Shown piece by piece: positions 40,390-53,160 of a DNA stretch of 64,000 nucleotides. The DNA is from Octopus sinensis (taxonomy: Eukaryota). The translations under genes were made by a program, and so were the position numbers. Every line of letters begins with the position of its first letter. Position 1 is the stretch's first letter. The notes under the pieces were generated by a model, which saw nothing but the letters and a program-made list of their open reading frames with translations, was not told the origin of the DNA and made no database searches. Location of the stretch: positions 110,608,001 through 110,672,000 of the forward strand of contig NC_042999.1 in the NCBI RefSeq assembly GCF_006345805.1, given 5' to 3'.

Positions 40390-40930
40390 ACAATGAATAA
40401 ACTAATGATAATAATAATGATGATGATGAGGATGATGATGATACTGAAGATGATGATGGGAATGTGATGGTGATGATCATGATCACAATCATGATTGCTA
40501 TGATGATGATGGACATGAAAGGTATTAATCATGATGATGATGATGGTGGTGGTGGTGGTGGTGGAGAAGTAGGAGGATGATGAAGATGCTGATCATAATG
40601 ATGGCAATGATGATGTGTGGTTGTGGTGGTGGTAATGATAATGATAATTATGATGATGACTTGAAGGATGATGATGATGATGATGGTGACAACGATAATG
40701 ATAGTGATGATGATGATGGTGATAATAATGACATGAAAGATGGGGAAGATGATGATTGTGGTAATGATGATGGTAGAGACGATGATGATGACAACAACAA
40801 GCATGATGATGATGACAACAACGACGATGACAATGATGACAACAACGATGATGATGATGGTGATAATGATGATGATGATGACAAACCATGATGAAGATGA
40901 CATGAAAGGTGATGGGATATCATATAATAT
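40390..40930. repeat. (GAT/GAC/GGT/AAT) trinucleotide mosaic
   Basis: Directly visible; gives poly-D, poly-M and poly-H/I ORFs. Confidence 0.9.
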
Positions 40931-41352
40931 ATTGCATTCAAAAAGCTCTTCCTCCACCCCTGCTACCCATGATAAAAAAAGAACAAACAAAACAACAAAA
41001 ATCCAAAATAACAAGAAAACATATTTATACCTGAAGCACAGGAAATCATGTCTTTCAAACACACACCGGCACATGTATAGACACACACATGTACATACTC
41101 ATACACACATACATGCTCACAGACATGCATGAACATACTTACACACATGCAGATGGCCCATGCACACATGCACACATATTTAGACATGCATGTGTATATA
41201 TATGTGTGATTGTGTGTGTCTATGTGTGTATATATAAATATATATGTATATGAGTGTGTGCATGCATATGTGTACATATATATTTATATATATATATATA
41301 TATAATATATATATATATATACACACACACACGTATATATAGTGATACCCAT

Positions 41353-41400
<48 letters not shown>

Positions 41401-41759
41401 GCATACACATGCATAAATAAACATACACATATAAACACTGTATGTGTAAATGGATGCATGTGTGCAGGAATACCTGCATGCTTTCACACAAACTCAAACA
41501 TATACACACATGCACACATCACATGCTTACATGTACATGTACATTTACATGCATAAGGGCATAAATGTACACAGATACATTGATGCATGTGTTTACACAT
41601 ACATATATGTACACAAAAAGTATGCATGCATTTGTGCACTAACACAACTACAACTGCATCTACACACAAATGCACACACACACACATACACACGTTTTTA
41701 CAAAGTTATCAATGCATGGCTTAACACATAAAGATTGTCACACAACCACACATGTTCAC

Positions 41760-41939
41760 AAAAATGCATACATACATAGACAAAGTCATAGGGCTACAAA
41801 CACGTGTGTGCATGCATATACCAAATGAAGACACATGCAGATATATGCACACACAAGCACACAGGAACACAAGCCCATGCACATATTCACAGACTTCTCA
41901 ATGCATGTCTTTACACAGATGTATATATGTATATATATA

Positions 41940-41987
<48 letters not shown>

Positions 41988-42280
41988 CAGACGTGCACAA
42001 AAACAAATAAGCGTACATGCCTGCATGTAACAACAACTGTGCATACGTATGTGCACATGTGCATATATGCCATATGAAGACACATATGTCCACATGCACA
42101 CAAGCACATGCATATATTCACAGACTCCTCAATGCATGTCATTACACACACACACTCACGCATGCACACACATACACACACATGCACATAGACAGTCATG
42201 CACAAAAACACATAAGCATATAGGCACTTGTGTAATAACAACTTCACATACATATACACACATATCCACACACATGCACC
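41760..42280. repeat. Degenerate ~250-bp tandem duplication within a CA/TA field
   Basis: ATGAAGACACAT...CATATTCACAGACT.CTCAATGCATGTC.TTACAC at ~41825 and ~42074. Confidence 0.75.
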
Positions 42281-42389
42281 TATGACTTTCCATAGAACTT
42301 TAACGCAGAAGAATAGAAAACCTAACAATAAACTGTCATGATATTAAAAAGAAACAACAATGTGATGGAATTTACCAAAAGAGATCATA

Positions 42390-42860
42390 CATTTCTTCAT
42401 TGCTTTCTTTTTTTCCTTTCTATTCTTTATTTGTTTATTTCTTTCTCTCTTCCACACATTTTCTTTCCATTTCTTCTCATTTCTTTCTTCCTTTGTTACT
42501 TTCTCTTTTTTTTTTACTTTTTTTTTACATTTCATGTCTTTTCTTTCTTGTTTCTTTTTGCCTTTTTTTCTTTTTCTTTGTTCTTTCATTCAGTCTTTGT
42601 TTCTTTTTTTTTACTTTCTTCCTTCCGTTCATCCATCCTTCCCTTTTTCCTTCCTTTCTTTCATTTACCTTCTTTTCTTTGTTTATTTCCTTTTTTCTTT
42701 TCTTTCTTTTTTCTTTCTTTCTTTTATCATACTTTCCTTGTTCCTTTTCTCTTCTTTCTCTTACCTTTTCTACATCATTTCACCTTTCCCCTTAATCATT
42801 CTCTTGATCTTCTCTCTCTCTCTCTCTCTCCCTCTCTCTGTGCCTGTCTCACCACTAATT
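42390..42860 (+). repeat. ~470-bp polypyrimidine (T/C) tract
   Basis: Directly visible strand asymmetry. Confidence 0.9.
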
Positions 42861-43295
42861 TTTAAGTATTCTCTTGCAGTGCCACTAATGTAGATTTCCA
42901 GGAAAGACCAAACTGGATTTCATTCTTAATATCTTCTCCAAACACCTAGTATAAGGTTTGAACTCACAGCTGCAGGCCAACAAAATTTATATGAGTTCCA
43001 CATAGTGTTCATATTAATTCTATAAAGTGTTTTCACTCCTTACAACCATAACCTAAACCAGTCTCATAGTAAATATATTTTCAACTAAATGAACAGTACT
43101 GAGCCATTGAATATTATGTGTTAAGGCGAGACCATAGGAACTGTGCTGTGCCAGTAATTGAAACTATAACTAACTATTAATCATTTGGCTGATTTTCCAA
43201 TCCTGGATTAATAGCCAACCAGATCCATCTCTAACAAACCTAGATTATTATAGGTGTCAGGCAGAAGTGATGCAGTGAAATTTGAACTTATAATA

Positions 43296-43653
43296 ACTAG
43301 TAGTATAGTCCAGCGTTGCTCGGGTTTGTTTTCTTTTCAACCCTTTAGCATTGAAATTTTTGAAAAGTAAAAATTTTGCATTATGTCTGGTTGAACTACA
43401 CCGAAAAATCGACACAGCAGTTTAAAAATCGTAAAAAATAGGATTTTCATAGAAAAAAAAGCACCTTTTTGATGTAAATAATTTTTGGTGTTAACATGAT
43501 CCGATTTTAATTTTTTCCTCTACAGAATAAAGAGCAAGTCTTTTTCTATCGTACTCTCAATTTTGGTCAACTTGCGCTGCAGGGTCTCGGAAGAGATAGT
43601 GTTAGTTGAAGGCTACCAAACCTGCCACACACAGACAACTTCAGCTATAAAGA
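43296..43653 (+). mobile_element. Helitron/Helentron-like non-autonomous element
   Basis: Begins ACTAG..TAG.CCAGCGTTGCTCGGG and ends CACACACAGACAACTTCAGCTATA, a terminal pattern I recall from invertebrate non-autonomous rolling-circle elements (recall, not a search). Confidence 0.45.
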
Positions 43654-44041
43654 TGATGGAGTTGGAAAAATGTAAGATTCTGTGAGACTTACCTATTCAG
43701 GCAGACAAGAAGTGAGAAAATAATAGACCAGACATAACAATCATAGATAAGGAAAAGCGAAGTTTCTTACTAATCGATCCATCATGCCCGTTTGCTTCCA
43801 GTATTGTGAAGAAAGAGGATGAAAAACAAAAAAATTACAATCCCTTAAAATTTGAAATAAGAAGAATTTGGAGTATGAAAACTGTAAACGTTATGCCTAT
43901 AATAATTCCTGTAGAATCTGCAGGAAAGGTGAAGAAAATATCATTCATCTCAAGAGTGAGTGCAGTATGCTAGCACAAAAAGAATATAAACACAGGCATG
44001 ACTGTAAAACAATAAAAATATACCCCACATCACAAATAATA

Positions 44042-44089
<48 letters not shown>

Positions 44090-44630
44090 TTATGGAATAA
44101 CAACAGAAAAAAGATGGTATAGGCACACACCAGAAAAGGTCACAGAAAATGAGAAAGCAACCATACTCTGGGATATGCCGACACACACAGATAAAGAAAT
44201 TAAGGCCAACAAACTAGATATAGTTGTCAAAGATCATGAAGAAAAAAAATGCTTTCTAATTGATGTATCAATACCGGCAGATGACAACGTGTCTCTAAAA
44301 GAAATGGAGAAACTTTCAAAATACAAAGACCTGGAAATAGAGGTAACCAGAATGTGGAATCTAAAAACAGAAACAATTTCTATCATAGTAGGTGCATTAG
44401 GCATGATAAAAAAAATATTCAGACAAATACATAACAAAAACACCAGGACTTACAAACACATATAACATACAGAAAATTGCACTACTAGGCACTGCACACA
44501 TCCTACGCAGAAAACTTTAACCATCAGAGCATCACAACAAATCACAGCACATACCCAAGGCACACAGAGCTGCGCTCGGTAGTGAAGTGAAAGCACACTA
44601 TAAAAATAAAACTACTAAATAATAATAATA
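43654..44630 (+). mobile_element. Two adjacent RLE LINE 3' fragments (R4/Dong-like)
   Basis: RPDITIIDKEKRSFLLIDPSCP..YNPLKFEIRRIW; then CRICRKGEENIIHLKSEC..KHRHD zinc knuckle, (TAA)n interruption, KANKLDIVVKD..LIDVSIP..KLSKYKDLEIE, and a 3' UTR ending in (TAA)n. Confidence 0.88.
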
Positions 44631-44643
44631 ATAATAATAAATT

Positions 44644-45096
44644 ATGTACATTGTTTTGTCTTGGTATAAAAGATAGGCTACAGCAAATATTCTGCTCAAT
44701 ACCACAGATTTGGTCACTTGTTTGACCTTAACAACCAGTTGAGCATGTTATGATGTGTGGATCTTTGATCATGTGCAGAAATAGTGGGGGAGTATCATAG
44801 CCATGTATTGAGAGGAATTCTTTGGGGTTTGAATAATTCATCACTAGAAACATGGGTGTTTCATTCAACATCCTTAAAGAACCCTTATTCAGGAACCTGA
44901 GGAGTGGGATGGGCTGCACGACTTGAAGAAAATTCTAACTGGTCCCCACTATATTGAGCACATATGTTTGTGATGCATGTGCCTGATGTACTATTATCAA
45001 ATGGGTAGTCATGATGGGTAGTCATGATGGGTAATACTTGGCTTCATATATTTTGCTCCAGTGTCATTTTGATGGCATGCACTGCTCTCTCACTCA
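44644..45096. mobile_element. Non-coding ~450-bp interspersed element X, copy 1
   Basis: Homologous to 46208-46707; flanked by (TAA)n and (ACT)n/(AAT)n. Confidence 0.8.
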
Positions 45097-45097
45097 G

Positions 45098-45144
<47 letters not shown>

Positions 45145-45209
45145 ATAATAATAATAATAATAAGATAATGATGATGATGATGATGCTGATATTGATGATG
45201 ATGATGATA

Positions 45210-45330
45210 TTGCTTGGAACTGCAAGAATTCTTTGCAGGGTTCTTGAAGCATGACCAGTAAACAAGTGTCACCTTAGCCTGCTGGCTGTGGACAGCTGAC
45301 ACTTTCCATCATACCCAGTAAAATACTCTT
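45210..45330 (+). mobile_element. Very short RLE LINE 3' stub
   Basis: LLGTARILCRVLEA* plus a 3' UTR matching that at 46040-46150. Confidence 0.8.
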
Positions 45331-45596
45331 TGCATTTTCATCACATGATAATAATACTAATAATCCTTTCCACTATAGGTAGAAGGCCTGAAATTTTGAC
45401 GGAAGGGAGATGGTTGACTACATCGACCCTAGTGCTCAACTGGTGCTTATTTTATTAACCATGAAAGGAGCAAAGGCAAAAATCAAGCTCAGCAGAATTT
45501 GAACTCAGAATGTAAACGGCCAGAAGAAATGCTGCAAAGCATTTTGTCCAATGATAGTAGTAGTAGTAGTAGTAATGATAATAATAATAATAATAA

Positions 45597-45627
<31 letters not shown>

Positions 45628-45669
45628 AAGCAGAAGAAGAAGAAGAAGAAGAAGAAGAAGAAGAAGAAT

Positions 45670-46169
45670 AGAGTACACTCCAGAAGGAGTTACCAAAAAT
45701 GAGAAATGCAAAATCCTGTGGGATGCAATGATCCAGTACAATCACCTGACTAGACATTGGAAATCAGACAGTGTTGTGGTGAATAAAAAAGAAAGAACAT
45801 GTACGATAATCGACATAGCATGCCCTGGTGACAACAGGAACAACGTGAAAGAAGAAGAAAAAAATTAACAACTATGACAATTTGAAGTGGGAAATACGAT
45901 GGTTGTGGTCAGTGAGGAGAATAGACGTGATACCAATAGTAATTGGTGCACTTGGAAGTATCAGCACTCAACTACCAACAAGGCTGGAAAAGATCAGTGC
46001 AGGTGTGAAGAGAGAACATCTACAAAAATCAGCATTCCTCAGAACTGCAAGAATTCCTTGCAGAGTTCTTAAAGCATGACCAGTAAACAAGTGTCACCTT
46101 AGACTGTTGGCTGTGGACAGCTCCCTCTTTCCATCATACCCAGTAAAATAAGCTGTGAGTTTTCTCTGC

Positions 46170-46170
<1 letters not shown>
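45670..46170 (+). mobile_element. RLE LINE 3' fragment
   Basis: KILWDAMIQ, TIIDIACPGD, LKWEIRWLW, VIPIVIGALG, RTARIPCRVLKA*; ends in (TAA)n. Confidence 0.88.
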
Positions 46171-46207
<37 letters not shown>

Positions 46208-46210
<3 letters not shown>

Positions 46211-46707
46211 GTGTTATCATGTACATTGTTTTGTCTTGGTATAAAAGATGGGCTACAGCAAATATTCTGCTCAATACCACAGATTTGCTTGTCAGTTGTT
46301 TGACCTTAACCAGTTGAGCATGTCCCTTAGTGGCTGACGATATGTGCATCTCTGATCACGAGCAGAAGTAGTGGGGGAGCATCATAGCCATGTGTTGAGA
46401 GGGATTCTTTCGGGTTTGAATAGTTCACCTCTGGAAACATGGGTGGTTCTTTCAACATCCTTAAACAACCCTTATTCAGGGACCGTTTGAGCGGGATGGG
46501 TTACTCAACCTGAAGAAAATTCTAACTGGGCCCCACCTGCAAGGTCATGTGCTGTTTATCTTGATATGAGATCACCATGTCGCGCACATATGGTTGTGAT
46601 GCATGTGCCTGGTGTACCTTTATCAGACGGGTAGTCATGATGGGTATATTGGGCTTCGTATATTTTACCCCAGTGTCACTTTGATGGCATGAACTGCTCT
46701 CTCACTC
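46208..46707. mobile_element. Non-coding ~500-bp element X, copy 2 (more intact)
   Basis: (TAA)n on both sides; CpGs retained. Confidence 0.85.
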
Positions 46708-46742
<35 letters not shown>

Positions 46743-46744
46743 TA

Positions 46745-48295
46745 ATAATCCTTTCTACTATAGGCACAAGGTCTGAAATTTTTTAGTGATAGGACTAGTC
46801 GATTACATCAACCCTAGTGCATAACTGATATTTATTTCATCAACCCTGAGAGGATGAAAGGCAAAGTTGACCTCACAAAATAATAATGATTTCTGTTTCG
46901 GGTGCAAAGTTAACAGTTTCAGGAGAAAGGATGTTAGTTGATACCCATCCAACCTAGTGCTTGATTAGAACTTTATTTTATCCAAAGGAATAAAAGGTTG
47001 AGTTGAAACCAGAAGAAATATTGTGAGGCATTTTCCCCAATTCTTTAAGAATTCTGTTGATCCATTGCTGTTAAGAATAATGGTTACTGATTTAAGTGAA
47101 AAGCCAGCAATTTTGAGAGGTGTTAGAATAAGCCAGTAGCATTAACCTGAATCAGTAGCATCAACCCAGTATTTCACTGTTACTTTATTTTATTGACCCC
47201 TGAAAGATTGAAAATTGCTGTTTAGCATTTTGCCTGTTGTGTCAGCTCACCACCTTAATAATGGCTTCAAATTTTGCCACAAGGGTAGTAATTTTTTTGG
47301 GTGGGGGTGGTGTTAGTTAATTAAATTAACCCAAGTGTTCAACTGGTACTTATTTTATTGACTTCAAAAGAAGAAAAGGTTAAGTTGACCTCAGCAGAAT
47401 TTGAACTTAGAATGCAAAGAGGATGAAATGCTGCTAAGCATTCTCTCTGGCATGCTTACAATTCTGTAAAGGCACTTAGCTCAGTGATTAGAGCATTAGG
47501 CTCACAATCATGAGGTAGTGAGTTCAATTCCTGGACTGGGCTGTGTGTTGTGTTCTTGAGCTAGACACTTTATTTCACATTGCTCCAGTTCACTCAGCTG
47601 TAAAAATGAGTTCTAACATCATAGGTGCCAAGCTGTATTGGCCTTTGCCGTTTCCTTGGATAACATCAGTGACAGAGAGAGAGAGGAGGCTGGTATGCAT
47701 AGGTGACTGCTGGTCTTCCATAAACAACCTTGCCTGGAATTGTGCTTTGGAGAGTAAATTTCCAGGTGCAATCCCATGGTCATTCATGACCAAAGAGGGT
47801 CTTTACTATTTTTGCTAACGATTCTATTTCCCCACCTTAATAATCCTTTCTTCTATAGGCACAAGGCCTGAAATTTGTGGGGAGGGGTTAAGTTGACTCT
47901 AGTACTCAACTGGTACTTAATTTACTGATCCCAAAAAATGAAAGGCAATGTTGACCACGGTGGAATTTGACCTCAGAACGTAGCAATAGGCGAAATACCG
48001 CTAAGCATTTCATCTAGCATGCTAACAATTCTGCCAGCGCACCACCTTTCACCACCTTAATAATAATAAAAAAATTTGGTTCAAAATTTTTGGCATAATG
48101 CCAGCAATTTCCATGGTGGGAGCAAGTTGACTACATTGACCAAGTGCTCAACTGGTACTTATTCTATTGACCTCAAAAGGATGCAAGGCTAAGTTGACCA
48201 AGGCAGAATTAGAAGTCAGAATGTAAAGACAGACGAAATCACGTCTAAGTATTTTGTCCAGAGTTCTAATGATTCTGCCAGTTTGCCACCTTAAT
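46745..48295 (-). mobile_element. Cluster of about six head-to-tail SINE A copies, with one SINE E (+) at 47475-47803
   Basis: Repeated family A motifs; the SINE E has A-box TAGCTCAGTGA (47477) and B-box GAGTTCAATTCC (47520). Confidence 0.85.
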
Positions 48296-49186
48296 GATGA
48301 TGATGAGGTGGAGGTGGAGGAGGATGGCGATGATGAAAATGACAATAATAATAAAAATTATAATAATAATAATAATTAAAAAAGAACAAGAAGTAGAAAT
48401 ACGATGTAAAAGAAAAGGAAGATTTTGCGAAGAAGTGATTTTGCGAAGAAGTGAAGCCTCCACCCCATCCATCACCAACAACAATGCTGTATATATGAAT
48501 TCAAAGACTTTCAGTGGAAGAATAAACATGTAGCTCTATGACTAGAATTGATCTTGAAAAAAAAAAAAAACACGGAAGAAATGACAAAAACAACTTATAA
48601 TGTATTATTTTCTTGTCAAAAATTATCTCATACATAATAGATTGTGGTGATGATAATGGTGATGGTGAGAATACAATGGTTGTAAACACAATACGAAAAT
48701 ACTCACAGCTCTTTTATTATTGCCATTGTTTGCTCTTGTTGTTGTTGTTGTTGTTACTGGTGTTCGTGGTAACGGTGGTGGTGGTGGTGGTGGTGACAGT
48801 GGTAGTCGTGATGTTGTTGCTTATTCTTGATAGAGTAGTTGATGTTCTTGTAGCTGTTGTTGTTGTTGTTGATGCTGTTCATGTTTATGGTGGTGGTGAT
48901 GGTAATGTTTATTATTACTGTTGTTGTTGTTGGTGGTGGTGTTGGTGGTGATGGTGAGGGTGTTGGGCCTCGTTGATAGTTATAATAATGCTCCATATTG
49001 TTGTTGCTATTGTTGTTGTTGGAAGTGGTGATGGGGATGATGGTGATGGTGATGATGATTATGATAATGCCTTTCATTGTTGTTACTTCTGTTGCCTTGT
49101 CGGTGGTGGATGTGACGATGTTGGTTTTCATAATGCTTTTTGTTGCTTTCGTTATTGTTGCTACTGCTGCTGGTAATGGTGGTGGT

Positions 49187-49285
49187 GGCAGCAGTGGTGC
49201 AGGTGGTGGCGGCAGTGGTGCAGGTGGTGGCAGCAGTGGTGCAGGTGGTGGCAGCAGTGGTGGTGGCAGCAGTGGTGCAGGTGGT
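49187..49285. repeat. 21-bp GC-rich minisatellite (GGCAGCAGTGGTGCAGGTGGT), 4 full units + 1 short
   Basis: Units start at 49187, 49208, 49229, 49250 (15 bp) and 49265. Confidence 0.95.
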
Positions 49286-49389
49286 GGCGGCAATAGGGAT
49301 GATAATGGTGGTGTTCCTTTTATTGTTTTGTTGATGTTTTCACTATTCATGGTAGAATGACACCATTTTCAAAAGGCTTTCTTCACTAG

Positions 49390-49446
49390 AACCAAGGAAG
49401 TAACATTTCACATAAGACTGCAGTTCAAATAGTTCCTTATCCGCAG
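49390..49446 (+). CDS. Candidate 57-nt symmetric exon (NQGSNISHKTAVQIVPYPQ)
   Basis: CTTTCTTCACTAG acceptor, consensus CAG|GTAAGT donor, only frame 0 open. Confidence 0.3.
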
Positions 49447-49591
49447 GTAAGTAAACTCCCACCACAGAAAATCAAAGAATTACATAAAATAGGATAAAAC
49501 ATATGCATAAACACAAACATATATATACACACATATTTATGCATACACATATTTATACATACATATATATACATATACATGCATATATATA

Positions 49592-49653
<62 letters not shown>

Positions 49654-49780
49654 CACACACACACACTCATTATACACATAGATGCATTCATACATATGAT
49701 GCGTGTGTGTAATAAACGAATAATAATATTGACGATGATGACGATGATGATGATGGTAATACTACTACTACTACTACTAC

Positions 49781-49822
<42 letters not shown>

Positions 49823-51619
49823 TTGTTGAATAAAAGTAAGAATAAAGAATAATAACAGCAGCTAGACTAAATAATTATAATGACTTATGACAGTTGTTTG
49901 GAAATAGAAAAGTAAAAAAAGAATCAAGAGAAAAATAAAACAAATAAAAAGAAAAATGGCAAGTGTTATAAAAGAAAGAGAAGAGTGATGGGTCTATTGA
50001 AACTAGCTTTGGAAGGAGCCACAACACCCTACCAGCTTCTCTGTCTTCCAACTAACACTTCAAGATATAAGCAGAAAAGAAAACAAAGAATTAACAGTAA
50101 GAACAATATCAATAACAAGACAAAAACAAACAGGAAACATTGTATTGATGAAGAACTCTTGTATAACTATTTCGACCACAACAACAAAAAAGAAAACAAA
50201 AATACAAAAAACCCCAGAAAAATGCTTAATCTTTGGTCTGCGTTGCAAACCATTTTGAACAAAAGCATATGCTTCCATATCACAGATTGTGTTTCTTCTT
50301 ATAATTGCACATTTGAAAAGTTGCCTTTCAGGGTTAAAAAGAAATAATAATAAAATAATACAAATAATAATGATATTAAAAGAAGAAAAAAGAGCAGTGC
50401 TTTATCAAAACAAAAGCTAAATGAAAAGAAATGAAATCTAAAAAAAAAAAAAATAGAATAAAAATCAAAATAAATACATTAAAATAAAAGAGCTGAAAAT
50501 TCTATACAGACACAGTCAAAAATTCATACAATCACACACCAAAATAAACTAACTACATAAAACAGAAACTCTAATAACAAAAAGATCAAAAAATATCAAA
50601 AGATCTTATACTAAAATAAGAATGGAATATTTAAAGTTGTCCTCTGCTTTTTGCCCCCTTTTAGTCTCAGGGTTAACAGGGATTTGAATCCTATGACATT
50701 TGTTCCTGTTTTAAACAAATTCATAACATTAATTGACTGGAAATAAAATTTTTATGAGTTTTCTTTGAAAACGAATTAAAAAATTTCAAAGAAATAAATT
50801 TTTCATCCATTTTTTAAAATTATTTTTTCTTTATTGTTCTTTTCGTGTATAATTGTTAGTCAAGATCATTTTGGTGGATATTGCTTCAAGTGAAGTACAT
50901 TTGTCTCTATTTCCAACAAGAAGAAAATCAAGTTACACACTGTCTTGTTTATTCTTTTTATTTTCATCATCATTATCTTTTTTTATTTATTTTTTTTTAT
51001 TTTCAGAAACGAATATGTGATACAAATTAGAAAATGTTCTCAGACAAAACCCACAACATGTGTTTTTACATTTTGTTAAAATTTTAGCCAGTTTAAAAGA
51101 AAGAAACAGGTTTTCTTTAATTTATTCTTTGTTATACAAACAAAAACTGATACAATCACCCTTTTTTTATTTTTTATTTCTATTTTAATTTTTTTTTTTT
51201 GAAATACCAAACATGTACAAAATGGAATGAAATTGAAAATAGTAGACCCTTCATAATATTAGAGATCTACCAGTACATTGTCATTAAGAGGTAAATTAAC
51301 AGAGTGGTTAGGGTGTCAAACAGAATGCCTTCCAATTATTTCTTTCCTGAGTTAAAATATTAACCCTGTCAACTTGGCCTTTCAGGTTTTCAGTGTCAAT
51401 AAAGTATGAATGAAATCCTGGGGTGGATTCTTTGTTTTATTCCACTATTTTTTCATTTTCTCTCTCAGAATTGGCTGCCAGCTTGTGGAGGTGTGGTACT
51501 ACTTCAGTTTATTTATGCACTAAAAACTTGCATCTGTCAGTCTAAAATCCAAGAAAGTAAACATCCCTAAGGCAAGTCATAGCTTAATATGTAAGGCATA
51601 TATAATTAATTTAATGAAA

Positions 51620-51950
51620 GCAAAGTGGCAGAGTTCCTTTTGAGTGTTGGGCTTCATGAAGGCAATGACCAAAACCTTTGGCATTATGTCGTGCTTGAGA
51701 AAAAGACCCATCAAACCGAGCAAAATTGCAGTCATGGCAGATACCTGTGTCATGGAAATGACACCTTTGCTGTGGCATGTATAAGCACCCATTACACTCT
51801 TGGAGTGGTTGGCATTAGGAAGGGCATCCAGTCATAGAAAACCGTGTCTAATCAGGCTACAGCCTGGTACAGCCTTCCAGTATGCCAGCCCAGTCAAACC
51901 ATCCAACCCATGCCAGCAAAGACAATGGATGTTAAATGCTTATGATGATG
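51620..51950 (+). mobile_element. RTE 3'-UTR-derived repeat
   Basis: GGTTGGCATTAGGAAGGGCATCCAG...CCATGCCAGCA...GATGATGATG. Confidence 0.75.
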
Positions 51951-52799
51951 ATGTGTATAACAGTGAGTTAACTTCGACAAATTAAGCATTTTCTGAATCA
52001 TATTGGGCTGGTGGTTATTTCTGGTTCACATAATGTTAAGTGAGGAACAGAGAGATCTCCTACTGGATGGTCAACTGATCTATTGAAGGTAGATTTTCCA
52101 ATAACCTAACAAACAACTCATCAATTTTATAATACTGTTACTGCCAGAAGCATTGTGAATTACACTTACCTCAAGTAGTGAATGGACTGAATCATTAGAT
52201 CATTGGGTATAATACTTCACAGTAATCATTTTAACCCTCCACTTTCTGACTTCAACACTCACAGAGCTTTGGCTTTGCTCTACATTCTTTTGGGGTGGAA
52301 TCAATAACTAAAATATCAATTTACAGTGGTGAACTGATACTCTTTTATTGGAGCATTGGATGAAATTCCTTGCGGTGTATGTTCAAAGTCTGGGTGTTGT
52401 GAGTTCAAATTCTTCCACATATCACTGAAAAAAATATATATATAATAAATAATAAATAAAGCAATGATATTACTATCAAGAGTTAGGACAGATAGATACA
52501 AATAACAATTGAAAACCAACCAAAACATAGTTTTTTTCCTTCACTTCACTCAGAATATCAGTAAAAATGCAATATACATCTACTTATAAAGATTGAAATG
52601 TCTCCAGTAATTGTAGCTATAAAGAAGCAGGTGAAATGTTAAGTGTCTTGACAATGGATGTGATATGGCATTAGTGACAAGATATATGCAACCACAAGAC
52701 TTAGTTGTTTATCATTGCATTGACTTAGCCCTCTTCACTTTCAGCTAAATGAATAATTTAATGTGTAACAAGCTTTGTGAGTACATTGGGTGCACACAT

Positions 52800-53160
52800 A
52801 AGCCAGTGAGGAAGCACTTATGTGGCTGTTTAACCTGCAATAAATACAACACTCCATTGGTTATGATGATGAGGGTTCCAGTCAGTCTGATCAATGGAAC
52901 AGCCTGCTCGTGAAATTAAAGTGCAAGTGGCTGAGCACTCCACAGATACTCATACCCTTAACACAGTTATCAGGGGGATTCATTGTGACAAGGCTGGTCC
53001 TTCAAAAACAGTTACAACTCATTTTTGCTAGCTGAGTGAACTGGAGCTATGTGAAATAAAGTGCTTTGCTCAAGGACACAAGACATAACCGGGAATTAAA
53101 CTTATCACCTTATGATCATGTGCCGAATGCCCTAACCATTAAACCACGTGCCTTCACTTG
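52800..53160 (+). mobile_element. SINE family B, running into an E-type tail
   Basis: GAGGGTTCCAGT...GGAACAGCCTGCTCGTGAAATTAAAGTGCAAGTGGCTGAGCACTCCACAG; related minus-strand stub at ~4620-4730. Confidence 0.7.

Noticed and set aside
47475-47545. tRNA gene
   Set aside because: A and B boxes are present, but the sequence continues into a SINE body and no complete cloverleaf is recoverable.
44640-48300. CRISPR-like repeat-spacer array
   Set aside because: Units are 200-500 bp SINE/LINE copies with irregular spacing in eukaryotic DNA; there are no short identical repeats with unique spacers.
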